Shown piece after piece: positions 1-9,300 of a stretch of 64,000 nt of DNA (position 1 is its first letter; each line of letters opens with the position of its first letter). The notes below the pieces were generated by a model. The model had not been told where the DNA came from. It saw only the letters and a list, made by a program, of their open reading frames with translations, and searched no databases. This DNA comes from a virus. The translations under genes and the position numbers were made by a program. The stretch lies in IMG/VR virus record IMGVR_UViG_3300025141_012845, positions 1-64,000 of that record; one strand, 5' to 3'.

Positions 1-3000
1 GTTGCAGTATCTAGAGTGGCTGCTAAATCGGTTCCATCAAACGTAAGATTGGCTTCACCATTTAAAGCATCCGAAGAACTAAATGTAACTATTCTATTAT
101 CTGATCCGTTTGCAACAGCAGACACCGCTCCACCACTTCCAGCTGCTTCCCACCCTGGAACTGCTCCGTCCAAAGTAAGTACGTGATTATCACTACCTAC
201 AGCAATGCGTGCCAAAACTCCGCTGGCATTTCGATAATACATATCACCAGACGCGTCAGATCCTAACGCAAATCCACCATTTGGAATATCTAAATCACCA
301 GCGATTGTTGTGAGAGAGTCCGCTCCGTTACCGATAGTAACATCGACCTCATCTTCTGCGCTGCCGTCCTCTACTATAAGTCCAGGCTTAAATTCACCGT
401 CATGTGTCGCAACACCCACGCTTATTTTACCACCTTCAGCGCCATTAGACGCATCTGATACGTAACCTTGAATTTTTCCAAAAAGAACCTGATCTTGATT
501 ATCATCGTCTCCGTAAAACTCAATTACACCAATTACATCATCGTCTGCCCCGGCAGCGCCCTTATCTTTAACAAATCGAAGACGTGCTCCGTTTGCATCG
601 TTTGTAGTATTTTTAATCACAACGAGAGGGTCTTCAGAGTTTGCCGATGCCATTGTTATTGTATCGGTGTCGATTGTCACCGCAGTTGAGGCATCAATAT
701 CGACTGTAGGAGCGGTTACGTTAATAACTGAATCCGCGTCGATTCCCAATTCTCCGTCTGCTTGTTGTTGAACAAAACACGCTGAATCACCAAACATAAG
801 TTTAGTCGTACCGACGCCAGAATCATCAGAAAGCAGGAGGCCGGTATCGTGGACATGTGTTAAGGTTACCTCTCCGTTGACACCGAAAGAGCAAACTGCA
901 CCGTCACTAGAAAAAGTCAGATTATCACCAACATTGATATCGCCGTCTGCACTATAAATAACCGCTTTGCTGTTCACAACTGTACCAGCAGAACAACCAT
1001 CAAGCAGGTTTAATTCAGCAGGGGTTGAGGATACTGCCGTAGTACTAGCGGCTGACAACACGGGAAGGTAATATGTTCCAGCAGACATCGCTGGCAAATT
1101 AATTGTTGCATCTGCAGTCGGGTTCACAACACCGAGTACTGTTTCGTGAGCATCTGGAACTGTTCCTTCGAAAGTAAAAGAACTTGTAATTGCAATGGTG
1201 GTGCTGTTAACAGTAGTTGTAGCACCCTGAACAGTCAAATCTCCAGTAACTGTCAAGTTATCATTGACTGTGGTCTCGGAAGTGGAGTGTCCGATAGAAA
1301 TCGGCACGCCGGTTGTGGCGGTACCAATAGTAATTCCATTTGAAGTATTGGAGTTATCAATATTCAGAGTACTAGTAGAGTCTAACGAAATATTACTTCC
1401 ATCTACGACAAGGGTTCCATCGATATCAGTATTATCCAAATTGGTTACGCCATCTACATCAATATCGCCAGGAACGGTAACAACAGACTGTCCGCCTGCA
1501 CCAATAGTTACGTCTAGTTCGCCATCAGCGTCCCCATCTTGAATTATAAGCCCAGCAGTTGATGTTCCATCGTTTTCTGCAACAGAAATGGTAAATTTAC
1601 CACCTTCTTGACCATTAGTATGGACCTTGACTTGAGACTTGATCTCCGAGAACAATACCTGATCTTGACTAGCATCGTCCGCATAAAATTCAATAACACC
1701 TGCAACATCGTTTGCTGCACCAGCAGCGCCCTTATCTTTAACAAATCGAAGACGTGCTCCGTTTGCATCACCTGTAGTGTTTTTGATAGTGACAAGTGGG
1801 TCGGTTGAATTTGCAGAACTGAAAACAGCGGTATCGGTGTTGATATTTAACTGTCCACTGGCAGCAATTGTTAAATCAGATCCATCGCCTTCAATCTTCT
1901 CTCCGTCATCGCCAAAAGTAAGACCAATATCTGCAGGGATGTTAATATCACCACCCGATCCAACTCCGACATGAATGTCGGTACCGTCGCCATACAAATA
2001 CTCTTGAGTTGCGCCGAGCATAAGTTTTTTATTATTGGCTAATAGTAATGATTCCTCGCCACCATCCATTCTAAATACTTCGTTCCCACCAGCATCAGTG
2101 AACTTGATATCTCCATCAGCTGCACCATTATAGACTACTGCATCGCCAGAACTATTAGTGAATTTTAAATACTGTGTGCCGCCATCTTTTAAACTAACGT
2201 CTGCACCGTCGGCATCAAGAATAATGTCTGCTGCTGAATCAATAGTTAGGTTTCCGCCATCCGCGACTGAAATTGCTCCTGTGTCGGCGGCATCGTCTCC
2301 TTGATCCGCCTTGAGAGTCAAAGTGGCTGTGCCCGCTTCCGCTGCAGTAACTGTAATTCCGGAACCGCTTAAAAATAAACTACCTGTAAACTGTAAACCT
2401 GAATCGCTACTAAACTTAGCGTACTGAGTACCATTATCTTTGATGAGAATCGAATCGGCTGAAGCGTCGAGAATGATATCTGTGTTTGAATCTAAAGTTA
2501 GATCTCCAGTGGAGTTAATCGTAATCGGGGTCGCTGCGATGGTGAGCCCTGTTGTACCGTCGTGAGTCAAGGTTGCATCAGCACCATCACCCAAGGAAAG
2601 AATTGCTGAGTCCGATGTAAGAAGCAGATCATCGCCTACGCGCAGATCGGTTGTGATTTGGGCGTTGCCGGCAACATCAAGAGTATAGGAAGGTGAAGTG
2701 TCGCCAACACCAACCTTCTGACCCTTCATCGTAAATGTTGTATTGGTTCCTGTAGAATCTTGCATAACAAGATCGACTCTGTTGTTTCCTGCTCCATTTT
2801 GAATTTGGAAGTTTGCTGAGTTCGCGACATTGTTGTCGATTTCAAGAATCAAATCGCCAGAAGAGCCCTCAATTTCTAAAGTACTTGACGGAGAAGATGC
2901 TCCAATCCCGACACGATTATTGCTTGCATCGATAACAAGAGTGTTAGAATCAAAGTTTAGGCCATTAGGAGTGGCTGCAGTTGCGGCATTAATAGTTAAG

Positions 3001-3791
3001 GTGTCGCCAGATGCATCTCCGAAAGTCATTGCATTTGCTGTAACCTTAAAATCTTCTACATGCGCGTCCAAAGTTCCACTAACAATTAAGTTGCCTGTAA
3101 ATCGACCACTACCACTAACATCTAAGTCATAAGCAGGGCTTGTAGTTCCAATACCGACGTAACTGCCAGCGTCTAATAAGATATCTTTACCAGAAATTAG
3201 CTTGAGATCATCTAACGAGGCCGATATGAACATCGCGTTGCTAGACTGTTGAATTACGCCATATTGGGTTCCACCATCTTTGTAGATGACATCGGCACCG
3301 TCGGCGTCAAGAATAATATCGCCAGCAACATCTAAAGTTAAGTCACCAGCCGCAACGTCTATCTCCAATGAACTGCCCATCGCTAAAGTGGCCTTTGTCG
3401 TTCCCCCATCTTTCAGGACAACATCTCCGCCATCAGCATCAAGAACAATATCGCCAGCAACGTCGATGGTTAGATCACCACCATCTGCAACAGAGATTGT
3501 CGCTGCATCTGCTGCGTCATCGCCCTGATCGGCTTTTAAGGTTAAAGTAGCAGCACCCGCTTCGGCACCAACAAGAGTAATTCCTGAGCCAGTTAATTCA
3601 ATACTTCCTGTGAACTGGTGAACGTCATCTGAATCATTACCAAAACTCGTCGAACCCAAATAATCTGTCTGTGAAACAGTGATCGTGTTGAACTCATATG
3701 CCTTTATTGTCCCGGAAACTTCTAAACTTCCAGTGATCATAACGGTCGATCCGCTCTTTGGTTTTATCTTGTTTACGTATAGGGTACTCAT
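1..3791 (-). CDS. Long tail fibre / receptor-binding protein, 3'-truncated by the window edge (>1260 aa); absent from the ORF track
   Basis: ATG at 3791 with SD AAGGAAGG upstream. Manual translation begins MSTLYVNKIKPKSGSTVMITGSLEVSGTIKAYEFNTITVSQTDYLGSTSFGNDSDDVHQFTGS. Segments I translated stay in this frame to the edge (...ALNGEANLTFDGTDLAATLDTA). Contains fibre-type repeats VGIGTTSP..LDVxG, DIxLDADG and EANLTFDG. Confidence 0.85.
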   Translation of the reverse strand, partial: MSTLYVNKIKPKSGSTVMITGSLEVSGTIKAYEFNTITVSQTDYLGSTSFGNDSDDVHQFTGSIELTGSGITLVGAEAGAATLTLKADQGDDAADAATISVADGGDLTIDVAGDIVLDADGGDVVLKDGGTTKATLAMGSSLEIDVAAGDLTLDVAGDIILDADGADVIYKDGGTQYGVIQQSSNAMFISASLDDLKLISGKDILLDAGSYVGIGTTSPAYDLDVSGSGRFTGNLIVSGTLDAHVEDFKVTANAMTFGDASGDTLTINAATAATPNGLNFDSNTLVIDASNNRVGIGASSPSSTLEIEGSSGDLILEIDNNVANSANFQIQNGAGNNRVDLVMQDSTGTNTTFTMKGQKVGVGDTSPSYTLDVAGNAQITTDLRVGDDLLLTSDSAILSLGDGADATLTHDGTTGLTIAATPITINSTGDLTLDSNTDIILDASADSILIKDNGTQYAKFSSDSGLQFTGSLFLSGSGITVTAAEAGTATLTLKADQGDDAADTGAISVADGGNLTIDSAADIILDADGADVSLKDGGTQYLKFTNSSGDAVVYNGAADGDIKFTDAGGNEVFRMDGGEESLLLANNKKLMLGATQEYLYGDGTDIHVGVGSGGDINIPADIGLTFGDDGEKIEGDGSDLTIAASGQLNINTDTAVFSSANSTDPLVTIKNTTGDANGARLRFVKDKGAAGAANDVAGVIEFYADDASQDQVLFSEIKSQVKVHTNGQEGGKFTISVAENDGTSTAGLIIQDGDADGELDVTIGAGGQSVVTVPGDIDVDGVTNLDNTDIDGTLVVDGSNISLDSTSTLNIDNSNTSNGITIGTATTGVPISIGHSTSETTVNDNLTVTGDLTVQGATTTVNSTTIAITSSFTFEGTVPDAHETVLGVVNPTADATINLPAMSAGTYYLPVLSAASTTAVSSTPAELNLLDGCSAGTVVNSKAVIYSADGDINVGDNLTFSSDGAVCSFGVNGEVTLTHVHDTGLLLSDDSGVGTTKLMFGDSACFVQQQADGELGIDADSVINVTAPTVDIDASTAVTIDTDTITMASANSEDPLVVIKNTTNDANGARLRFVKDKGAAGADDDVIGVIEFYGDDDNQDQVLFGKIQGYVSDASNGAEGGKISVGVATHDGEFKPGLIVEDGSAEDEVDVTIGNGADSLTTIAGDLDIPNGGFALGSDASGDMYYRNASGVLARIAVGSDNHVLTLDGAVPGWEAAGSGGAVSAVANGSDNRIVTFSSSDALNGEANLTFDGTDLAATLDTA
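553..599. repeat. 47-nt exact direct repeat, copy 1, within a duplicated ~85-aa fibre module
   Basis: gcagcgcccttatctttaacaaatcgaagacgtgctccgtttgcatc is identical at 553-599 and 1723-1769; the 1170-nt offset is in frame; encodes DANGARLRFVKDKGAA. Confidence 0.95.
1723..1769. repeat. 47-nt exact direct repeat, copy 2
   Basis: Identical to 553-599. Confidence 0.95.
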
Positions 3792-3802
3792 ATTATCCTT
3801 CC

Positions 3803-3827
3803 TTAAATAGTTTCATACATAATTATC
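3803..3827 (-). promoter_or_regulatory. Putative late-promoter motif, two copies (AACTATTTAA and GATAATTATG)
   Basis: The TAHTTA-core motif recurs on the coding strand in intergenic gaps upstream of structural genes. Confidence 0.5.
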
Positions 3828-3857
3828 TTTAAACATCCGAAATGTCTATAATTTTTA

Positions 3858-4289
3858 TTAAAAATCGGTATCATCAATATCTATAATTTTTACGTGAGAA
3901 TCGTCGCCAATCGTTATTTCTTGATCGTCATCAATTGTTATCGGACCATATAAAACAGAATTATAGTTTGCTGGTATCGTTATTGTGGTTATAGTTTGGG
4001 CGTTAGCCACCCCCATTGTATACACAATCCCAGCGGAAACAACAACACTACCAGTGGGGAAAGATGTGTCTCCGGCTGCATCAATGGTGACTGCACCGCC
4101 ATCTGCAACAGAGATGGATGCTGTATCAGATGCATCGTCGCCCTGATCGGCTTTTAGCGTTATAGTGGCGGCTGCCCCTTCTGCGCCTAAAACGACCAGA
4201 CTTTCCCCTTCTTGAAATTCTAAACTACCCGAAATCTGAACCTTAGTTCCGCTTTGTGGAAAAATTTCATTTACATATAGTTTACTCAT
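3858..4289 (-). CDS. Small tail-fibre-related protein (143 aa)
   Basis: N-terminus (MSKLYVNEIFPQSG) and the LKADQGDDA module are paralogous to the 3791 fibre; the C-terminal LYGPITI domain is shared with 4324..4611. Confidence 0.75.
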   Translation of the reverse strand: MSKLYVNEIFPQSGTKVQISGSLEFQEGESLVVLGAEGAAATITLKADQGDDASDTASISVADGGAVTIDAAGDTSFPTGSVVVSAGIVYTMGVANAQTITTITIPANYNSVLYGPITIDDDQEITIGDDSHVKIIDIDDTDF

Positions 4290-4304
4290 AGCTACACTTC
4301 CTTA

Positions 4305-4314
4305 CATAAGTATC
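4305..4314 (-). promoter_or_regulatory. Putative late-promoter motif GATACTTATG
   Basis: Variant of the recurrent TAHTTA motif about 15 nt upstream of ATG 4289. Confidence 0.4.
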
Positions 4315-4323
4315 ATCAAACAC

Positions 4324-4611
4324 TTATAATGACCCCGTCATTGATAAAATGTCTCTAACTATTAGAATAGATCCAGACCCAATATGTAATTCTCCTGCGC
4401 CCTGAATCGTAATTGGTCCGTATAGAAGCCCATTATGACTATCCGGTATCATTGCTTTTGCGGTTATGGTGTTTGGATTTATATGTACCATACCCGCTAT
4501 TGCGCCTGATACTTGCAATGTATCGACATTGGACGCACCATCTGTAAAGCCCGATCTCAGAGATATAAATTGGTCTAATTTACCTTTAGTATAATTTCCA
4601 ATAGTACTCAT
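4324..4611 (-). CDS. Small tail-associated protein with a YGPITI domain (95 aa)
   Basis: Start moved to ATG 4611 (SD GAGG upstream); NxxTITxxxxIPxxxNxxLYGPITI is shared with 3858..4289. Confidence 0.7.
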   Translation of the reverse strand: MSTIGNYTKGKLDQFISLRSGFTDGASNVDTLQVSGAIAGMVHINPNTITAKAMIPDSHNGLLYGPITIQGAGELHIGSGSILIVRDILSMTGSL

Positions 4612-4645
4612 CAAAACCCTCACAACAGCACAAATTGTGCTAATT

Positions 4646-4655
4646 GTAATTAGTT
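4646..4655 (-). promoter_or_regulatory. Putative late-promoter motif AACTAATTAC
   Basis: The same 10-mer occurs at 35185-35194; caveat: this copy overlaps the upstream stop codon. Confidence 0.4.
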
Positions 4656-5024
4656 GAACAAGTCACATGTTGAAAAAATATGAAATATTATTTTTTGCCG
4701 ATCTGATAGGCCAATGGTATAACCTTCCCAATATACCATACGAGGCGCTGTGCAACCACATCCGGGTATTTCGTGTGGAGGGTCTGAGTAATATGGCTTG
4801 CGAAACTCAAAACCGACCAAATTACAAAGATCTGCTTCAAAAATCTTATATAAAGGTAGGCCCTCCATATCTCCGGAGTATAATGGGCGAGCGGAAACCT
4901 CGCAAAAACTATCACAGCCGTAACATTGTTCAGTTGCTAACGGGCCTATATTAAAACTTGTTTTATATGCCTCTGAAGTAAATTCAAAACCAGGAAAAGC
5001 AAAAAATAGGAGCAAAAGCAACAT
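4650..5024 (-). CDS. Small Cys-rich protein with a hydrophobic N-terminus, possibly exported (124 aa)
   Basis: ATG 5024 overlaps the upstream stop (TAATG); leader MLLLLLFFAF; 7 Cys including CYGCDSFC and CGC. Confidence 0.6.
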   Translation of the reverse strand: MLLLLLFFAFPGFEFTSEAYKTSFNIGPLATEQCYGCDSFCEVSARPLYSGDMEGLPLYKIFEADLCNLVGFEFRKPYYSDPPHEIPGCGCTAPRMVYWEGYTIGLSDRQKIIFHIFSTCDLFN

Positions 5025-5452
5025 TATTTTACAACGTAAAAGACCCCAACTGTTGTCACAACTCCTAAAAGCACGCCTCCAGCAAACCACCAGTGAGTAT
5101 GATTATTTGGCGCGTCTAATAAAAGTTCCTGCATTTGCCCAATCTGTTTATCTTTTATTCCCAGCATCTGATTATACTGGTCTTGACACTGGTCTAGTTC
5201 AGCAGACAAATTCTCCAACTGAAGGTTGCATTGCGCCTTTAATTGGTCTTCTAAAATTTCAAGATTTAGTTTATGTTGCGCAATAAGCGCCTCTCGTTGC
5301 GCAATTGCATCTGCAACTGCTGTAGAATTGTACAACACTCCCGAATATGGTGCTGACTGGTTTTTCTGCAATGGTGTGATCTTTGGAAGGTCATCAGCGA
5401 TCAACTGCAAAGGCATCATTATTAATAATATTGTTGATATAAGCCTAGTCAT
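5024..5452 (-). CDS. Signal-peptide, coiled-coil, C-terminal TM protein; spanin-like candidate (142 aa)
   Basis: Start MTRLISTILLIMMPLQLIA at 5452 overlaps the upstream stop; heptad-rich middle; C-terminal WWFAGGVLLGVVTTVGVFYVV. Confidence 0.6.
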   Translation of the reverse strand: MTRLISTILLIMMPLQLIADDLPKITPLQKNQSAPYSGVLYNSTAVADAIAQREALIAQHKLNLEILEDQLKAQCNLQLENLSAELDQCQDQYNQMLGIKDKQIGQMQELLLDAPNNHTHWWFAGGVLLGVVTTVGVFYVVK

Positions 5453-5852
5453 TGTCAATTTCAAACCCAAAAGTGTCTTTAAGCATCTCTGCTAATTTTT
5501 GCGGATCATCGCCAGAGTCTTCCACAATCTGTTTTACTCGTTTTTTCTTATCAGAGGAAATCACTTCTCTTCTTTCCGCATGCTCCTGCTCTAATTGACG
5601 CATAATTTCTTGATATTTCTTAAGGCTCTCATCCCTCTTTTTTAAAACCTCTGCATGCGATTTATTAATTGCGTCAACTTCCGCTTTGTGAGATTGTTTT
5701 GTAATCTCCAGTATTTTCTTAGCATTTCTCGCTTTTTTACTAAAAACTAAATAAAGAACGAGAGTATAAGCGGCAAGGGCTAGAATCTTCCAATGATTCT
5801 TAGCCCATATGACCGCCTTCTTCAAAAAAAGTTTTGTTGCTAACCAACTCAC
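5445..5852 (-). CDS. N-terminal TM plus coiled-coil protein; i-spanin (Rz)-like candidate (135 aa)
   Basis: GTG at 5852 overlaps the holin-like stop (GTGA); TM segment ILALAAYTLVLYLVF followed by a charged helical region. Confidence 0.55.
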   Translation of the reverse strand: MSWLATKLFLKKAVIWAKNHWKILALAAYTLVLYLVFSKKARNAKKILEITKQSHKAEVDAINKSHAEVLKKRDESLKKYQEIMRQLEQEHAERREVISSDKKKRVKQIVEDSGDDPQKLAEMLKDTFGFEIDND

Positions 5853-6052
5853 CTTCTTTGTCCATGTTTCCAAGAGGTTGCGATATCGGCAATACCCTGT
5901 ATTCCGATGTATGCTAAAGAAATCGCCACCCAATCGTCGGAAGTTAACTTCTCAGACGCCAAAAACGCCGTTGCAACCACCCAAACACTAAGTTTTCGGG
6001 AAACCCACCTTTCCATAAATTTATCTATTCTTGCTTTCATTGCTTCGCTCAT
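5849..6052 (-). CDS. Holin-like small membrane protein (67 aa)
   Basis: SRK motif before two short hydrophobic segments, basic C-terminus, strong SD GGAGG. Confidence 0.55.
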   Translation of the reverse strand: MSEAMKARIDKFMERWVSRKLSVWVVATAFLASEKLTSDDWVAISLAYIGIQGIADIATSWKHGQRR

Positions 6053-6064
6053 TTTAATCCTCCA

Positions 6065-6310
6065 TTAATGCCTTGAACTTAAATTATCTAAAAAGAACTC
6101 GTATTCTTCAAACGCCTCGTCAAGCTTTTGAAGAGCATATTCTTCTTCAGTGTTTGAAGAATCGATATCACTGATTATCTCTCGAAATTCAGTTGTTAAT
6201 TCAACTATTCTTTCCACCTTATCAAGATATGTAAAAAACGCACCAAGTTTGTCGCCTTCTACGTTGTTAGTTAGTATTTCTCTATACTCTGATAATAAAA
6301 TCTCGCTCAT
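6065..6310 (-). CDS. Acidic helical hypothetical protein (81 aa)
   Basis: Start moved to ATG 6310 (MSEILLSEY), which has SD AGGAGG and avoids overlap with the upstream gene. Confidence 0.7.
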   Translation of the reverse strand: MSEILLSEYREILTNNVEGDKLGAFFTYLDKVERIVELTTEFREIISDIDSSNTEEEYALQKLDEAFEEYEFFLDNLSSRH

Positions 6311-6323
6311 ATTTTTCCCTCCT

Positions 6324-9300
6324 TTATTGGCTAATATAAGCATAACCATCTTTTCTGTCGATTTCGATGGTTGTGTCAACACAATCTTTTAATGAATCTA
6401 AGTGCGAAATAAGAAGCACCGTCTTAAATTGTGTCTTGATCATGTCTGTTAAAATTCTTATGAAACCTTCCATGTTTTCTTCATCTAACGCTGTACCTGG
6501 TTCGTCTAGAATAAACATATCTGGCTTTGGCAAATTTGAAACGCCCAAAAGAGCAAGTCGTATTGCCATCGCAGAAATTGTTTTCTCTGCACCGGAGCCT
6601 AATTCAATGGGTCGTGCATCAAAACGTGGATGCTTGATGTAAATTTCAAGCTTCTTGTCGTTTGCTTCAAAGAAAACTTCAAAATTAACAATATTTGTAA
6701 GAATCTTCGCAATCTCTTCGTTAATGATTGGCAACTTTTTCTTAATAATATCGTAAGGAATACCATTTGGATGCATACACCTCATAAAAAGGTCGTATGC
6801 AGAGATATCTTCACGTAATTGTCTTAATTCTTCCTGTTGACCCTTCAAGTTTTCCAGTCTTTGTTCTAGTGAACCGTTTGATTTGTACAATTCTAGCATA
6901 CTTTCTTCACAATTTTGAAGAGTATCTTTCTTTTTCTTGATATTTTTTTTGATATCTTTCTTACTGTTCACAAGAAGTTCAAGGTTTTCAATCACTTCTC
7001 TGTTTTTTTCGTATTCCAAAACTTTTTCATTAAGCTTGTCGACTTCTAACTGAACTGTGATTATCTGACTGTTGTTCTTCTCTACATGCAGAGACAGATC
7101 AGAGACTTCTGTTGTTTTCTCAGCCTCTTTGCCTACAATCTGATTATACTTTTCAATATAGTCTTCAATCTTATTGGGATCGAGTTTCACTATTTCTCCT
7201 TCGATCTTCTCTGAATTCTGATTGAGTCTATCGATGGCATCCTGCACCAGATTAACATCATTTTGAGCCACGTAAGCGTCTTTGATAAACTTACAATGAG
7301 AAAATTCAGATCCACATGGCACTTCTTCCAATAACTTAACTTTCTTGTTTAGATTAGTTAAATTGTTATTCTTAATGTTTAACTCATTGACGATAGAATC
7401 AAGCTTTTTCTTGTTCTCTGCAATAATGCTTCTCTTTTCTGTCAAGTCAGTAATGTCAAAAGAGGACTTAAAGTCAACAACCTTTTCAAGGAACGCATTG
7501 TTATCTTTAATTTTGTCCTCATTGCTTTGATTTTCCTTAATAAGATCTTGCATCCTGCCTGCTTTAGTTTGCAAATCTTTTCTTAGACTTTCAATATTAA
7601 CAACCCCTGCTGGCATAGAGTTTATTTTTAAGTCTATTTGCTTCACCTCTTCTTCTAGAGAAAGAAGCCCCTGCTTAACTGACTCGCACACCTTTTTCTG
7701 CTCTCTTGTCAGTTTTTGATTAGACTCCATCTCCTCTTCGACTTCGCTAATTTCTTCATCAAAATCTTTCTCTTCAAGACGCCTGACCGCAGCCTTTAAG
7801 TCAGCTGTTTCTTCTTTAGCCATCTTGAACTTCTTATCGAAGATCACAAGATCGATAAACTTAGCAAGAATCTCTTTACGCTTTGTTGAACCCTCTTTGA
7901 TAAACGATAAAGAATCAAGCTGAGAGGCCATTGATGTAAGCAAGAAGTCATCAATTGTGCCAAAAACCTTACGAATGTTCTTGTCTGTATCGTTCCGACT
8001 CAATCCATTAAGGCTTTCTGCATCTTCAGTCACTTTACAATGCCTGTTGAACTCTATGTCTGTCTTCGCCTCAATTGTCGTCTCTCCGTGCAGACTCTTT
8101 TCGTACTTTTCTGACCTTCTTTCAATCGTATATTCTTTTTTGCCGATAGCAATTTTTAGTTTACCATTGCAAAAATCTTTGTTTTGATTGATGACATGTA
8201 GATTTTTCCTATTATTTTTAGAAGTCGTGTTGTAAAGCGTATATAAAAGTCCATCAACAATACTTGACTTTCCTGAATAATTCTTGCCAAAAACTCCGAC
8301 AATACCGTTAAGATTTTCAAAATCAATTTTATTTTCCTCCCCGTAGTTAAAAAGATTATCCCACTCCATTGAAACAATATTCCAATTAACATTTCTTTGA
8401 ACTTCTTCTTCTTGTTCAACAATGCTGTTATATTTTCTATTGTACTCAAATACTTTTTCCAAAACATCTTCACTTGGCCGGTAATCTTTGAGATATTCTT
8501 TAATAAATTTCTCCTGAATTCCGACATCTCGAAGATCTTCTTTCAAAAAGTTCTTAGTTAGTTCTTCGACACTTCCCCTTTCGCCTGCTGCCTTGTTTAA
8601 GAAGGTGGTTGTCTCGGGATTTAACGTCGCTCTTGCAACATCCAGTGCTTTTTTAATAACATTTAACGGTAAATTGTTGTTAGCGCGGATTCGAAGTCTT
8701 GCATTCTCTGGAACTTGTAGGTTACGTGGTAACTTTCCTTTCGGCGTTAAGTCGATTGTCATGAAAGGCTTCGGATTTGGGACGGAAATGGCCCTTACAG
8801 CGTAGTTTTCCTTATCTTGTATATCCCACAGCAAAAAGCCCTTATCGTTCGTCTCACCGTGATTCTGTTGGACTGTGGACCCACAATAGCGAACTCTCCC
8901 ATCATCATCAAGTATTTGATTTGTTTTATGAATATCTCCAAGCAGTGCATAGTCGTGACCATCAAAGATACTGATGTCATTGTCACCAAACTCCATCACC
9001 CAATTCTGGTCTGTTCTGCAACCATGAATGGATCCGTGATGTATCGCAATGTTGACCTTGTCCTTGTCTGACGGCTCTACCCAATTCTCCTCATCGAATA
9101 TAGAAAGAACGTTCAAACTAAACTTATCATTTAGGTGTGTTTCTCCAGACTTCTTAAGAAAGTGTAAATTTGGATGTGCCAACGCCTCAACAATTGGAGT
9201 AATAGCATCTTGACGATTGCTGTTCTTAAGATTTCCGTCATGATTACCGGGGATTATATACAATGGCGCAATATCTGCGAGACTCTTTAAGAACCATTGA

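Noticed and set aside
553-1769. Diversity-generating retroelement TR/VR pair
   Set aside because: Differences are not adenine-specific, both copies are in frame within one gene, and no reverse transcriptase is in the window.
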